Notes: generated by a model not told the origin, from the letters alone. A stretch of 63,093 nt of DNA, filler included, from Octopus bimaculoides (GCF_001194135.2; 5 parts of 5 records of this genome joined end to end with filler, not necessarily neighbours in it); one strand, 5' to 3'. Positions 1 through 14,373 are shown, counted from the whole stretch's first letter. Numbers and translations are program-made.

Positions 1-55
<55 letters not shown>

Positions 56-1468
56 CATACATACATACATATATATATATATATACGTGCCTAGATTAAT
101 ACATACGTACATGCCGCATATACACACATGCAGACATATTATGCCTGTGCGCATGCGTATTTGTATCTGTATATATGTATGCATTTATGTCTGTCTGTCT
201 GTCTGTCTGTCTGTATGTTTATTAATCATTCATCATTCGCCACTTGTAAAGAATATTTCCATGTTTCATTCTTTATTTTTTTAACAGTTCCCAATATTCC
301 AGTTTCCCCATTGTCAATATCAGGAATATCGAAAATTTCCCCGTTCTATTTCTAAACAGCACCATTCATTACTGTCTAACCAGCTTCTAAAAGTGCTCAT
401 TTCCATTCTGAAAACATTGTTCACTTATTGATTGGTAAACTCCATTGCTCTCTCAGCCCGCCAATGACGTCATACAACGATTAACTATTCCAGCTCAGAT
501 TTATCTCATCCGTCTCCCGACTTCTCTTCCGTCTTAGGTTTCTCGCCAACCCTACATCACTCCCCCCTTCTCTCTCAATCTCACTTACTCTCTGTAGAAG
601 TGTGTGTTAGACATACATACATACATACATGCACGCATACATACATGCATACATACATACATACATACATATATACATACATACATGCATACATACATAA
701 TGCATACATTCATACATATGTACACACAGACACACATGTATAAGTGGCACACATATACATGCATAGATATATATATACATAAATATATATGTCTATATAT
801 ATGCATATGTATGTATATATATTTATATATACATACATATACATACATATATACGTATATATATATATATATACATGTATGTATATATATATATCTATAT
901 ACTCACTTATACATATATATACACACATATACATACATGTATATATGTNNNNNNNNNNNNNNNNNNNNNNNNNNNNNNNNNNNNNNNNNNNNNNNNNNNN
1001 NNNNNNNNNNNNNNNNNNNNNNNNNNNNNNNNNNNNNNNNNNNNNNNNNNNNNNNNNNNNNNNNNNNNNNNNNNNNNNNNNNNNNNNNNNNNNNNNNNNN
1101 NNNNNNNNNNNNNNNNNNNNNNNNNNNNNNNNNNNNNNNNNNNNNNNNNNNNNNNNNNNNNNNNNNNNNNNNNNNNNNNNNNNNNNNNNNNNNNNNNNNN
1201 NNNNNNNNNNNNNNNNNNNNNNNNNNNNNNNNNNNNNNNNNNNNNNNNNNNNNNNNNNNNNNNNNNNNNNNNNNNNNNNNNNNNNNNNNNNNNNNNNNNN
1301 NNNNNNNNNNNNNNNNNNNNNNNNNNNNNNNNNNNNNNNNNNNNNNNNNNNNNNNNNNNNNNNNNNNNNNNNNNNNNNNNNNNNNNNNNNNNNNNNNNNN
1401 NNNNNNNNNNNNNNNNNNNNNNNNNNNNNNNNNNNNNNNNNNNNNNNNNNNNNNNNNNNNNNNNNNNN

Positions 1469-1506
<38 letters not shown>

Positions 1507-1824
1507 CATATTTATATATATATACACACACACACTTTCAAACATACATATATGCATGCATATACACACACATATTTAGAATTTGCTCATTGGTCCGTGC
1601 TGTTCAATTATTTATCGCAGACAACTCTCAACGTTTTCTAAAAATCTATTTTAATTATTGGTAAAAGGAAAACGAAGTATTATGGAAACAAAACTATTTT
1701 TATGTATGGTAACTCAAAATACGCCATTAAAAGAAATGAAAAGAGAGAAAGAAGATCGAAGTACAATTAATCTCATGCCCACAGTTGTCCATTATGCATA
1801 TTCTTTTATGCTTTATTTCCCTCT

Positions 1825-2225
1825 TCCTTTCAGTCATTTGACTGCGGTCATGCTGGGGCACCGCCTTGAAGAATTTTAGTTCATCCAATCGATCTCAGTA
1901 TTTATTTGGCTTTTTTTATGTGCATTTTGTTGAACGCCTAATTTACTCTGACGTAAACACACCAATACCGGTTGTCAAGCGACAGTAGTGGCCAAACACG
2001 CACACACATATATACACACAGACGCATACACACACACATAAGCACGCACAGACACGCATACGCTCGCGCACACACACATATATGTATATGTATATATGCG
2101 ACGGGCTTCTTTCGTCAGCATGAAGCTATAGTAGAAGATACTTGCCGAAGGTGCCAAGCAGTAGAACTGAACCTGGAACCATATAGTTGGGCAGGAATCT
2201 TCTTACCACACAGCCACGCCTGCGC
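1825..2225 (-). mobile_element. tRNA-derived SINE, family A (diverged)
   Basis: Reverse complement of the family-A head (ACCACACAGCCACGCCTGCGC) and tail (CAGTCATTTGACTGCGGTCATGCTGG). Confidence 0.8.
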
Positions 2226-2679
2226 TTATATGGCTAATGTATTTGAACTAATATAGCTAAGATAATTCTAGTAAATATATGTTGTAATTCAATAACAAAT
2301 ACATTACAGGTATGATAGATGGGAAGAAAAGAGTAAAAGAAATGGGTGAAAATATAGTATGCAGTAATTTAGAGAACAGAACGAAATTAACAACGTTCTT
2401 GCTAACGAACATAAGAACGATTACTAAAGATTTTGATCGTCTGCTTACAAGCTAGCTTAACTATGATACAATCAGTGTCGAACAGTTTCCAATAGCTCCC
2501 TGACATATTAACTATAACACACACACACACACATACATACTTTCGCATACACATTGAAACATCAGAAAAAAATAACAAAATGGTATATGTGGCAGTGCTC
2601 CGAGATTGTCAGAAAACACACTTAATTGTGCTGATGACGTAGATATGAATCTATATATATGAAACTAAGAATGTGTGTC

Positions 2680-2870
2680 TGCCTGTCTATGTCTGTCTGT
2701 CTGTGTGTCTGTATACGTGCATCACTAAAACTCTAGAACTCCTCAACCGATTTCATTCATGTTTCATTCATGCATTACTTAGGATCCATGGAGCATCATA
2801 GGCTAACAAAACTTTCAACTTCTTGCCTAATGCGAGCCCGGAGCAATCTCTTAGACTGTTTCGGTAGTAT
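2680..2870 (+). mobile_element. Possible Helentron-associated (HINE/DINE-1-like) fragment
   Basis: (GTCT)n followed by AAAACTCTAGAACTCCTCAACCGATTTCATTCA, a layout typical of HINEs. Confidence 0.3.
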
Positions 2871-2939
2871 GTACAAAAAGTGAAATAACATCTCTATTTT
2901 AATGTGATATAATACTTTCACATTTATATAGTTTCACTT

Positions 2940-3020
<81 letters not shown>

Positions 3021-3604
3021 GTCTATAAATATATCTATATATATATGTGCAAATACACACACATATTTATATATACATATATGGGTGTATATTTATACAA
3101 ACAGGTATGTACATACGTCACGTCAGGGCGGTAACGTGTAATAAGATTCATAAATGAATTGATTAAGCAGATAAAAGAAATTAAACGAGAAACACCATTT
3201 GCTGCGTTCCTTTTACTGAGATGAAGAAGTACAGACGTAGAAACCACGAAGCACACTATTGATCTGATTTCTCTTCATCATCCTAATTGTGTCAAGAACG
3301 TCGAATGTCTTGTCAGCCAGGCAGACAATATCTAGAGAAAGGCTCTCCGCGGTCGTTGACATTTAGCTGGTCTACATTCTAAGATCGATGTGGTTGATAT
3401 AATTAATGAATTATGTGTCCTCGTCCATCATCTGTAATTTGTAATGGAAGAGTTTATGCGTAAAGTTATGAATGAAATTAATATCCAGAAAGCTGTAACC
3501 GTTGGACATGTATTTCTGTTCCTATTTAAACATCTGTGAGCTTCGGTCCAGTATATATATCATACGCATTGTACATCGTGTGCATACATACATATCTATC
3601 TATC

Positions 3605-3657
<53 letters not shown>

Positions 3658-3662
3658 GTCTG

Positions 3663-3666
<4 letters not shown>

Positions 3667-3701
<35 letters not shown>

Positions 3702-4233
3702 GAGTAAGAGGGCAGCACATGCCATCAAAGTGACACTGGGGTACAAATATACGATGGCCAGTACACCCATCATGACTACCCGTCTGGTAAGGGTGCACCA
3801 GGCACACGCATCACAATCATATGTGCTTAAACAGCGCATAACCTTGCAGGTGGGGCCCTGTTAGAATTTTCTTCTCGTCGAGTAGCCCGCCCTGCTCAAA
3901 AGGTCCTTTAATAAGGGGTGTTTATGGTTGTTGAATGAGAAACCCATGTTTACATAGGGGAATTATTCAAACCCCAAAGAATTCCTCTCAACACATGGCT
4001 ATGATGCTCCCCCACTATTCCTGCTCATGATCAGAGATGCACATATTGTCTGCCACTAAGGGACATGCTCAAGTGGTTAGGGTCAAACAACTTACAAGCA
4101 AATCTGTGATATTGAGCAGAATATTTGTTGTACCCCATCTTTTATATCAAGACAAGACATTGTACACTTCCAATCAGTTAAGATCAGAAACCATGAGAGC
4201 CACTGCCTGGTATTGCTTCAGAGATTTATTATT
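3667..4233 (-). mobile_element. Non-coding retroposon family D embedded in (TAA)n
   Basis: Reverse complement of 33772-34370. (TTA)n on both sides. 5'-truncated tails at 20388-20523 and 32512-32620. Confidence 0.8.
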
Positions 4234-5358
4234 ATTATTGTTGTCGGATAAACTGCTTAACGGCATTTCGTACGTCTTTTTGTTCTGTGCTCAAATTCTG
4301 CCGATGTCGACTTTAACTTTCATCCAATCAATGTCAATGAAATAAGTACCTGTTGAGCACTGGGGTTCATGTAACTGACCTAACCTCTCCTCTGAACATT
4401 CTGGCCTTGTGCTAAATTTGAAACCAATATTTTCAGGAATTAAAAGAAAGCAGCGAGCTGGCAGAATAGTTAACGCGCCGGAGAAAAACGGTTGGCAGCC
4501 TTTCTTACGGTTCTTTACGTTCTGAGTTCAAATGTCGCCGGGATCGAGATTTCATTTTGAGGTCGATCAAATAAATACCAGCTAAGCACTGGGGTTGATG
4601 TGACTGACTTATTCCGTTTACCGTAAATTGCTGACTTTGTACTAAAATTTGAAACCAATGTTATTCAAGTATTGAAAGCCATCAATATTCCCCACTGTTT
4701 TTTTTTTTAGTTTTCAAACATTCCATTGTAAATAGCAAAATAAAATGCTTTATGTTTTATCGTTTAATTTGAAACAGCTTCGAAAGTAACTATTCTTTTT
4801 AAGAAATTTTTCGAAATTATATATGGTCAATATAGCATTCTCAGAAATATTTTCTGCTGCTGCTGTTGAGGTTAATTTGTTGTCATATATAAGGTTTCAG
4901 CTACTGTAAATTATAGGGACAATGAAATATAATGGATTCCATAGAAAATATTTGGGTTGATTAACAATAATTGAAGAAGCCAGATATCATATTTCATACA
5001 AATATCCTCTACTATTCATGGTGTATATGGAAAATATTGAAAGTTCTCCATATCTCTTGTCTTCCTTAAACGTAAGGTTAGCTCGTTATGACATTTACAA
5101 CTGAACGTTGGAAGCTTGTCGTTCGTAAAAATAGGGAATAAATCTTCAGACGACAGGGCCGCATTCAGTAATAACATTGTGCGCGATATATTGTTATGAA
5201 GTACAAACTGATTGAAAAAGAAAACAAAAAAGCAAGGAATATATCAAATCTCAAATATTCATTTTTGCTTGCTATCAGTAGTCTCCACTACTCGCGCAAT
5301 ACGCTACAATGCCTGTACATATACATTGCTATCTTTTATTTTTTTTGAATCATTAGAC

Positions 5359-5600
5359 CAATGGTTCTCAATCAGCGTCCATATGACCTTAAGGAGGCCC
5401 ATATAATATTTCCTTGTTAAAAATTATGTGTAATGCATTGGGTATACTTCTACAATACACAAAATATTAAAGAAAAATTTTTGTACCATAACTAATGATA
5501 TTTAATTATGAAAATATAATGCAAATTTGTAAAACATCGAATAGCTATGGGGGATCGAGAAGAGTAAAATTGTAATCAAAGGAATCTATTGGCAAAAAAT
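5359..5600 (+). mobile_element. Probable hAT-type MITE fragment
   Basis: Begins CAATGGTTCTCAATC, resembling CAGTGGTTCTCAAC-type hAT termini. The other TIR was not found. Confidence 0.35.
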
Positions 5601-6661
5601 TTCTTCTCCTTTATTCAAACTTACTTTCGTGACACATACACACACACACGTGTAAATTTATATTTTGTGTATGAGTATGTGTGTATATGTGTGCATTCGT
5701 ATTTATAGAGAACGGATAATTTTTACAGAGCCCGGTGAGACCAACTGTCTTATGAACACATAATAACATCCTCTTTAACATATGGCTACAAATTATGATT
5801 TTATACCGTGTTATTTCTTCCACGCATGGTATGCTCATTAATAGTAATGAACTGCCATTTCTTATACAACATATCTATAGTTCTGAGGAATCAGATCTTG
5901 TAAAGAGCAAACATAATGAAAGCTCATATACCGAGTAAGATAACTGACAGCAGAGATGATCTTGTGTTATTAATATTTTATACCAACATCTATTAGTACA
6001 TCTTATATTTATAATATTTATATTACGACATGTTTTACTACAACATATATAAAAGAAAACATTTTATCATAAGATATATTTATATTGGTTTCAAATCTTG
6101 GCACCAGGCCAGTGATTTCAGACAAGTTAATTACATCAACTGATACTTATTTCAGAGAACCCCAAAAGAATGAAAGGCAAAGCCGACCACGGCGGGTCTT
6201 GAACTAGGGACGTAAAGTCGGAAGAAATGCTACTTAGATTGTTTGTCCAGCGCAGTAACGATTCTGCCAGCTCGTCGCCTTAAGTGATTTGGGGGAGAGG
6301 GTGCGGGAAAATTGATTACATCGATCCCAGAGCTCAACTGCTACATATTTTAGCGACCCCAAAAGGAAGACAGGCAAATATGACCCCAGCAGAATTTGAG
6401 CTCAGAAAGCAAAGACAGATGAAAAGCTGCTACGGATTTTGTCCGGCGCGGTAACAATTCTGCCAACTCACCGCCTTAGGATATATTTATATTGCAACAT
6501 ATAATTTATTAGACAATATGTTTATATTACAGCCTATATTATATTACAGCATATGTTTTATTCCAGTAAATATTTACATTATAACATACATCTCTATTAC
6601 GATATGTATTTTAATAATACATTATATATGAAGGGTACTCTATAATCTGTTTCTTACTCTT

Positions 6662-6940
6662 TGAGTGGATTTGGTAGACGAAAACTGAAAGAAGCCCGTC
6701 GTATATATATATATGTATGTATGTGTGTATATGTTTGTGTGTCTGTGTTTGTCCCCCCAACATCGCTTGACAACCGATGCTGGTGTGTTTACGTCCCCGT
6801 AACTTAGCGGTTCGGCAAAAGAGAACGATAGAATAAATACTAGGTTTACAAAGAATAAGTCCTGGGGTCGATTTGCTCGACTAAAAGGCGGTGCTCTAGC
6901 ATGGCCGCAGTCAAATGACTGAAACAAATAAAGGAGTAAA
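6662..6940 (+). mobile_element. SINE family A, 5'-truncated
   Basis: Body and tail match 36901-37329. Other partial copies: 18755-18885 (-), 23600-23850 (+), 61201-61375 and 61640-61925 (+), 62925-63093 (-). Confidence 0.85.
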
Positions 6941-6964
6941 TTAATTTTTCGCTTATGGAAATTA

Positions 6965-7690
6965 TTTGGGAAATTTGGGATATGGTCGCTTAAGTCATCT
7001 AGTGTTTTATTCCTACATCTTAGGTCGAAGATAAATGCTTCTGTTTTCAACCGGTGATTCATCCTCGTTGTTGTAGTCAATTAGTAGGTCGTAGTTTTCT
7101 GCAGAATTCCGAAATATTGTCTTTACTTTCATTCTGGTTAGACCTTCGTCGGGTTGGGGTAAATTAAAATTTTTTGGTTAGTAGACTGATTTTTGTTACA
7201 GAAGAGAGAGTTTTCTTTGATAAATTTATTACTTTGGGTTTCTCCTGTATGTTTTGTTCCAACGTGTGTCCCTGTTTCTCTCGGTCTAAAAAATGTTTGC
7301 TGCAATTTCGTTGGTAGAAACAGCCAGTATTATTAATTATATTTAAATTATTAGGAGGCTGGTTTTGCTGTCTGGGTAAATAGGTTGGAATTACGTGGTT
7401 TGCATTTCTTCCTTGGTATAAATTGTCAGTGTCATTAATTATATTTGAAATGCCGGGGAGTTGGTTTTGTTGACTGGATAAATAGATTGGAATTCCATGG
7501 ATCGAGTTTCTTCGTTGAGGGATAGAAGTAGCTCCTTGAATGTTTCTAATTGCTGGACAGAAATTATTACTCCTAACTCTAGGTTGGTTTATTCTAGTAT
7601 TTCTTATTTGTGAGTTACCCCTATTCCTAGCTTGAGAACGGTTTATTTCCAAGTGAGAAATTCGTTTTGCGTGTTTGTGTTCCTTTAGAT
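6965..7690 (-). mobile_element. Penelope-like element, decayed N-terminal ORF fragment
   Basis: KPKVINLSKKTLSS..ISLLTK(KF*)FTPT..KDNISEFCRKLR..NEDESPVENRS matches the PLE N-terminal motif VINLS..LSKGLKFxPT..FxRKLRL. Confidence 0.7.
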
Positions 7691-7704
7691 GTTTATTGTA
7701 TGAT

Positions 7705-7830
7705 CTATTGGGTTGTCCGGAAAGTTCATGCCGATTTTTAAAGGAAAGAAAAAGGTCAATAAATACTTGCCATTACATTTTTAATTAACCAAATATGAAC
7801 CATTTTGTTGCACAATGTGTCTCCATCTTT
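7705..7830 (-). mobile_element. mariner 3' end with terminal inverted repeat
   Basis: TA-TTGGGTTGTCCGGAAAGTTCATGCCGATTT terminus. The minus strand encodes RWRHIVQQNGSYLVN* (mariner C-terminus). Confidence 0.7.
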
Positions 7831-8078
7831 GGCGTATGTCCCAGCCCCCACCAGCTGGACGGGACGCCAGTCCATCGCAGCGTTACTCAAGAAACAGGAA
7901 GAGTGAGAGAAAGTTGGGGCGAAAGAGTACAACAGGGGTCACCACCACCCCTGCCGGAGCCTCGTGGAGCTTTAGGTGTTTTCGCTCAATAAACACACGC
8001 AACGCCCGGCCTGGGAATCGAAACCGCGATCCTCCGACCGCGAGTCCGCTACCCTAACCACTGAGCCATTGCGCCTCC
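7830..8078 (-). mobile_element. tRNA-derived SINE with family-B head and a different tail
   Basis: Shares the head and the GAGAGAAAGTTG..AAAGAGTAC block with family B, then GGACGGGACGCCAGTCCATCGCAG. A related tail fragment lies at 20240-20372. Confidence 0.75.
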
Positions 8079-8102
8079 ACACACACACACACACACACGC
8101 AC

Positions 8103-8209
<107 letters not shown>

Positions 8210-10717
8210 CATATATGTATACGCGTACATACATAGATATAATCACTTCATTTTCACTATTGTTGGTGGAATTGCAGTAAATCACTGATAGATCCGCGGA
8301 AACTTGTATCTAATGACGGTATATTGTTCACCAATTGCGATATAGATTCGCAACAGCATGGCTGTATGTTAGGCTGAATAAAGTACTGTTGTCACATTTA
8401 ATCGTTTTACAAAATCTCTGTTTCTCTTTTACCCATTCTCTCCCCTTTTTCTCTGGTTCCTACTCCCTCTCTCTTCTTAAGCATCGCTATGATATGAGAC
8501 CCGTAGAAATGCTGCTGTACATTTTGAGTGCAGACATAATTTATATACAATCTTATCGCTTTCATTAGACGCTACTTTAGCTTAGCATTTATCTTTAGAA
8601 AACCATATGTTCCATTAAAACGTTTAGAAATTAGCTGACCTTTATGAAGAAGTCTTCAAAAGAATACTTCTATCTGATATCATAATCGAAGAGGAAGACT
8701 CTGGCTAGATAAAATTCCTGTTATTGTATATTCATTTATGTTGATTATGCTATTTGTTCAAGTATATATATATATATATATATNNNNNNNNNNNNNNNNN
8801 NNNNNNNNNNNNNNNNNNNNNNNNNNNNNNNNNNNNNNNNNNNNNNNNNNNNNNNNNNNNNNNNNNNNNNNNNNNNNNNNNNNNNNNNNNNNNNNNNNNN
8901 NNNNNNNNNNNNNNNNNNNNNNNNNNNNNNNNNNNNNNNNNNNNNNNNNNNNNNNNNNNNNNNNNNNNNNNNNNNNNNNNNNNNNNNNNNNNNNNNNNNN
9001 NNNNNNNNNNNNNNNNNNNNNNNNNNNNNNNNNNNNNNNNNNNNNNNNNNNNNNNNNNNNNNNNNNNNNNNNNNNNNNNNNNNNNNNNNNNNNNNNNNNN
9101 NNNNNNNNNNNNNNNNNNNNNNNNNNNNNNNNNNNNNNNNNNNNNNNNNNNNNNNNNNNNNNNNNNNNNNNNNNNNNNNNNNNNNNNNNNNNNNNNNNNN
9201 NNNNNNNNNNNNNNNNNNNNNNNNNNNNNNNNNNNNNNNNNNNNNNNNNNNNNNNNNNNNNNNNNNNNNNNNNNNNNNNNNNNNNNNNNNNNNNNNNNNN
9301 NNNNNNNNNNNNNNNNNNNNNNNNNNNNNNNNNNNNNNNNNNNNNNNNNNNNNNNNNNNNNNNNNNNNNNNNNNNNNNNNNNNNNNNNNNNNNNNNNNNN
9401 NNTATATATATATATATTTATGTATGTATGTATGTATGTATGTATGTATGTATGTATGCATGCAAAGAATGTCTGATACTCTGGTTAATATCAGGAAGAT
9501 AACTATGCACATGCCATTTGTGCATAAAATTTCCTGTTAAGATATACAGTAAAATTCATGCTGTAAATTTAAATACAAGAACCATAGACAAATCAATCCT
9601 GTATAAAATCTAATAATTGTAGCTTCGTTTATCACTGATCCATCCAACAGATGTCCGGGACAACAGGTTATGCTCAATTGTTAACCGTACTACGTTTATC
9701 ACTGATTGCTCTGTGTTAATACGTGTAGGCTCGAACAGTAGCCGTGAAGATTCTTAGTGTACCATAGAAATGCCCTCAAAGTGATAACCCTCAATACTCA
9801 GCTACTCAGAATGCACTAATTGTCGCTTGTTGTGTGGTTGTGTATTTTTTTATATAGAATTATGTGTCCGTACTCATTATCAAGACACCAGTGAACACGG
9901 GTGGTTCAATCCAATCCAGGATATTAGATGGCGAGTCGAACTATTACATTAGTATAAATATATAACTGCATTTAAGAAGCCCAAATAGATAATGTTTTAG
10001 CTTGCCGACTCATGGAGCTTGGGTTGAAAGCTTTGCGCTATACCAATAGACACGACATTTAATTTTGCATGCTATAGTCCAGATAGTAATCGGAAATGGT
10101 ATCAGGTAGACTTACATTATCTACGAAGACGGAAAAAATATATCCCTCATTTCTTTAACACTACGTATCCAGAACCGTCTCATTCCCGCCTACGTATTTT
10201 GAAGATGGTAATTACCTTAACGCGAGAAATAGGAAATACTATATTTTTATTTCATTGCAACTAGAATAAGTCGTATGCAATTACGAAACATCTGTTTTAA
10301 AGGTTTACACGATATTTCTTTAGTGACGTACAAATTAAATGGGCAAAGAATTAAATAAAAAAAAAAAAAACTATAACATCGATGTTATAAAATTTCATAT
10401 TTCAACGGTAAATACAGATGCTTACCAAATATATTTGGATGTTCCACTGTTTCCAAGAAGGATCAACGGTTTCTTCTTGCTCAACGATACTCAAAAGTAT
10501 GGTTGAGGGAAAGAGATTAAACTCTTAAAATTAATACCTGTAAATAGACTGTTGCTGTTGTTGTTGCTAAGCACCAGGTCAGCGTTCATTGATCAGAAAT
10601 ACAAGCTTTATATAAGTATAAGCTTAATAGTAGAAAACTTCCTTATAGGTGAGGCTCCAATATAGAACACATTTCACATTTACACATCAACCTAAATCCC
10701 GGTAAAGTTCCATACGC

Positions 10718-10749
<32 letters not shown>

Positions 10750-11069
10750 ATGTATGTATGTATGTATGTATGTATGCATGTATGTATGTATGTATGTATG
10801 TATGTATAGGTATGTTAATGCAAGCAGGAATAATGCAGCTCAAAATATAAGTATCTATATTTTTATATAATCTCAACAACCAGCTTTAGTTATTTGTAAG
10901 ACACTGCTCTACAACGACCAGGTTTCATTAGAAAGTGAAAAATAGTTTCACACTTTCAATTTCAACCAAAATTACAAAGTGTTGCATTATGAGAGTGACG
11001 ATGTGCGAATAATGAAAGTGATGTTTCTCCGTATTAGTCACATCTGTACTATAATAAAGAAAGCTGCTT

Positions 11070-11112
<43 letters not shown>

Positions 11113-12256
11113 TTGGTCAACCCATAAGTAATGCGATTTTTTTCAGTTGCATGAACTAAATCAATTCATTATATCTCATTTTCCAGCATATAATGCCCAT
11201 ACCTAATATATGACTGCGTTACCTTTAAGGAATATGTCTATAAATTTTCTGAATGAACTCTCCCAGAAAAATGACAGGAATGTTAGCATTTAATCCGTAA
11301 GTCAACTATATGCAATGAGTGGATGACAACAAAATCATAGAGGTGGTGCACCACTTAGGAGCCCGATAATATTTGTCTAAAGCATCACCGCCAGAAATAC
11401 GAATTTTGTATCCTGCACGACAGTTCACTTTATCAAAATATAAGAAACAAAATTACTATACAGCAGAACTGTAAACAGACAAAGCTGACACACGGCAGTC
11501 CCGTACCATACCAAAGTTACTTATGATAAATTTATGGTTTCCTATTTTACTCAACTGTACGATTACAGCATTATATTAACATGAAGCGAATGGACTTTTC
11601 TCCTGTACAAAACCACTTTAAATTATCTTTCCGTAAGTAGATAATGAAATACGTTAAATCTGATTTTTTTCACAAAATATATTTATAAAATAGGGGTACC
11701 AGTTATTCGACAGGCTTATACACCGGAAAATATGGTAAGAAACTGTACATTGTTTTGTATCAAATTCTATTTTAGTTTCTGTTTTCATTTCAGAATGAGC
11801 TCTCGATAAATGTTCACCAAATTTCCTATAACTCCCTTCTTACCCCGATTCCATCTAGTATCATGATTTTATCCATTTCTTCTTGCTCCTTTTATTCAGC
11901 TTGTATCTCATTTTCATCTATTTTATCATTGAATTAACGGAATCTAAATATAACGTGTTTAAAAGAGGCAAGGCTAAAGTTAGATTTCCGAATATAGAAA
12001 AAAGATAAAATATGATTATACTTCCTCAATGCTTATATGATTTAATATGTCTTCATTCTCATGAAATCCTAATAAAAAACTTTTCTATCTTGAGCTAAAA
12101 GTCGTCTTTGATCTTCCTGTAACTTATTATAACGTAACTGTACTACTCGCTCATATGTATATATATATATACACACACATATATATATATATAAACATAT
12201 ATAAAACATCAAAATAATATATAAAGATAATGTACGTGATATATATATATATATAT

Positions 12257-12289
<33 letters not shown>

Positions 12290-13654
12290 NNNNNNNNNNN
12301 NNNNNNNNNNNNNNNNNNNNNNNNNNNNNNNNNNNNNNNNNNNNNNNNNNNNNNNNNNNNNNNNNNNNNNNNNNNNNNNNNNNNNNNNNNNNNNNNNNNN
12401 NNNNNNNNNNNNNNNNNNNNNNNNNNNNNNNNNNNNNNNNNNNNNNNNNNNNNNNNNNNNNNNNNNNNNNNNNNNNNNNNNNNNNNNNNNNNNNNNNNNN
12501 NNNNNNNNNNNNNNNNNNNNNNNNNNNNNNNNNNNNNNNNNNNNNNNNNNNNNNNNNNNNNNNNNNNNNNNNNNNNNNNNNNNNNNNNNNNNNNNNNNNN
12601 NNNNNNNNNNNNNNNNNNNNNNNNNNNNNNNNNNNNNNNNNNNNNNNNNNNNNNNNNNNNNNNNNNNNNNNNNNNNNNNNNNNNNNNNNNNNNNNNNNNN
12701 NNNNNNNNNNNNNNNNNNNNNNNNNNNNNNNNNNNNNNNNNNNNNNNNNNNNNNNNNNNNNNNNNNNNNNNNNNNNNNNNNNNNNNNNNNNNNNNNNNNN
12801 NNNNNNNNNNNNNNNNNNNNNNNNNNNNNNNNNNNNNNNNNNNNNNNNNNNNNNNNNNNNNNNNNNNNNNNNNNNNNNNNNNNNNNNNNNNNNNNNNNNN
12901 NNNNNNNNNNNNNNNNNNNNNNNNNNNNNNNNNNNNNNNNNNNNNNNNNNNNNNNNNNNNNNNNNNNNNNNNNNNNNNNNNNNNNNNNNNNNNNNNNNNN
13001 NNNNNNNNNNNNNNNNNNNNNNNNNNNNNNNNNNNNNNNNNNNNNNNNNNNNNNNNNNNNNNNNNNNNNNNNNNNNNNNNNNNNNNNNNNNNNNNNNNNN
13101 NNNNNNNNNNNNNNNNNNNNNNNNNNNNNNNCCTCCTCCTCATCATCATCATCATCCCCATCATCTTCATCGTCGTCGTCGTCGGAGTCGTCTTGGTCAT
13201 CGTCATCATCATCGTTTTAATGTAACGCCTTAAACAGGATGAAGTTCTAGAGGATGGTATCCAGTAAATATGGCGGACATGTTGTTGGCTAAACTAATGT
13301 TGTCCAGATGTTCATTTGGTTTTCCTGCAGACTTAAATTAGATTTAATGATCTCCAGCCGCATCTTATTGTAGAGCGGGGGATATAAATTTAAACTGCGC
13401 GTTTGATATATAAGTTCTAATAGATAAGTTATTGAAATCTTTTGTTTGAAATTAGAAGCAAGAGAGTATTAACAACACGATCAAGTAAAGTGAGTGGCAT
13501 GATGGTTAGAGTGGTGAACACACGATCGCAAGATCGTAGTTTTAATTCCTAGACCGAAACACTTGACAACTGGTGATGCTGTGTTTACATCCCCGTAACT
13601 TAACGGTCTTGAAGCGACAAAGGAGCGTATTTGGCATATTTTGCTTTATTGCCA

Positions 13655-13792
13655 GTCATTCAAATCAGCGTTAGAAGAAAAAACGACTATCTTTGGTTTC
13701 AAGACGAAACGTTTTCTTTCATCAGAATAATGCTCTGCCGCATACTTCGAGGATGACACTCCAACGGCTGGAGTAGTTTGAATGGGAAACGT
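13655..13792 (+). mobile_element. mariner transposase fragment
   Basis: ALEEKRLSLVSRRNVFFHQNNALPHTSRMTLQRLE*FEWET (cf. KRP..VNR..V.FHQDNARPHT). Confidence 0.75.
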
Positions 13793-14296
13793 CAGCTATT
13801 TCAGTAGAATTCTACCCATGCATGAAACAACAGACGAAAGTGAAACATTAGGCGGTTTTAGCTTTTTGTAAGCGGGTAGGTGAGGTGGGGAAAGGGGCAT
13901 TACGTATTTCTCAAGAAATATTAAACTTTAAAAAAGATATATATTTCCCAGATTCGTAATCTGTATTTTTCTACGTGGATAAAAAAAATCGAAAAATGTT
14001 ACATATTGAGAAATTACAGTAGGGACTGGGGGAAATCTAAATTTTAAAAAGGTGATTTCTGGGCAAAATCATATTAACCTCCTTAATTTGTGATCCTTTT
14101 TAAGATCAGAAAGCACTTTCCTGCTAACCCATGCAAATTGTACCCTTCCCACTTCACTTTTAAACAAATAACTTCCATTATGCAAGTAATCCAGTTCACT
14201 ATATACCAGCTGTGCCAATTCTGCCCATAAGGAAGGAACAAATAATACAACGTGGCTGTAGGTCATAACACCTGGGCAACACCGGGATGCATTACT

Positions 14297-14332
<36 letters not shown>

Positions 14333-14333
14333 A

Positions 14334-14373
<40 letters not shown>

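Noticed and set aside
585-1664. Long ORFs rich in YI/HT/CV/MY (also around 8.7-9.5, 12-15, 38-41, 44-49, 56-58 and 60 kb)
   Set aside because: Translations of (TA)n, (CA)n or (CATA)n microsatellites and N gaps; not genes.
2630-2670. CTGATGA...GAAAC hammerhead-like spacing (also 55811 and 60226)
   Set aside because: Stems I and II do not close properly on the core; likely chance matches.
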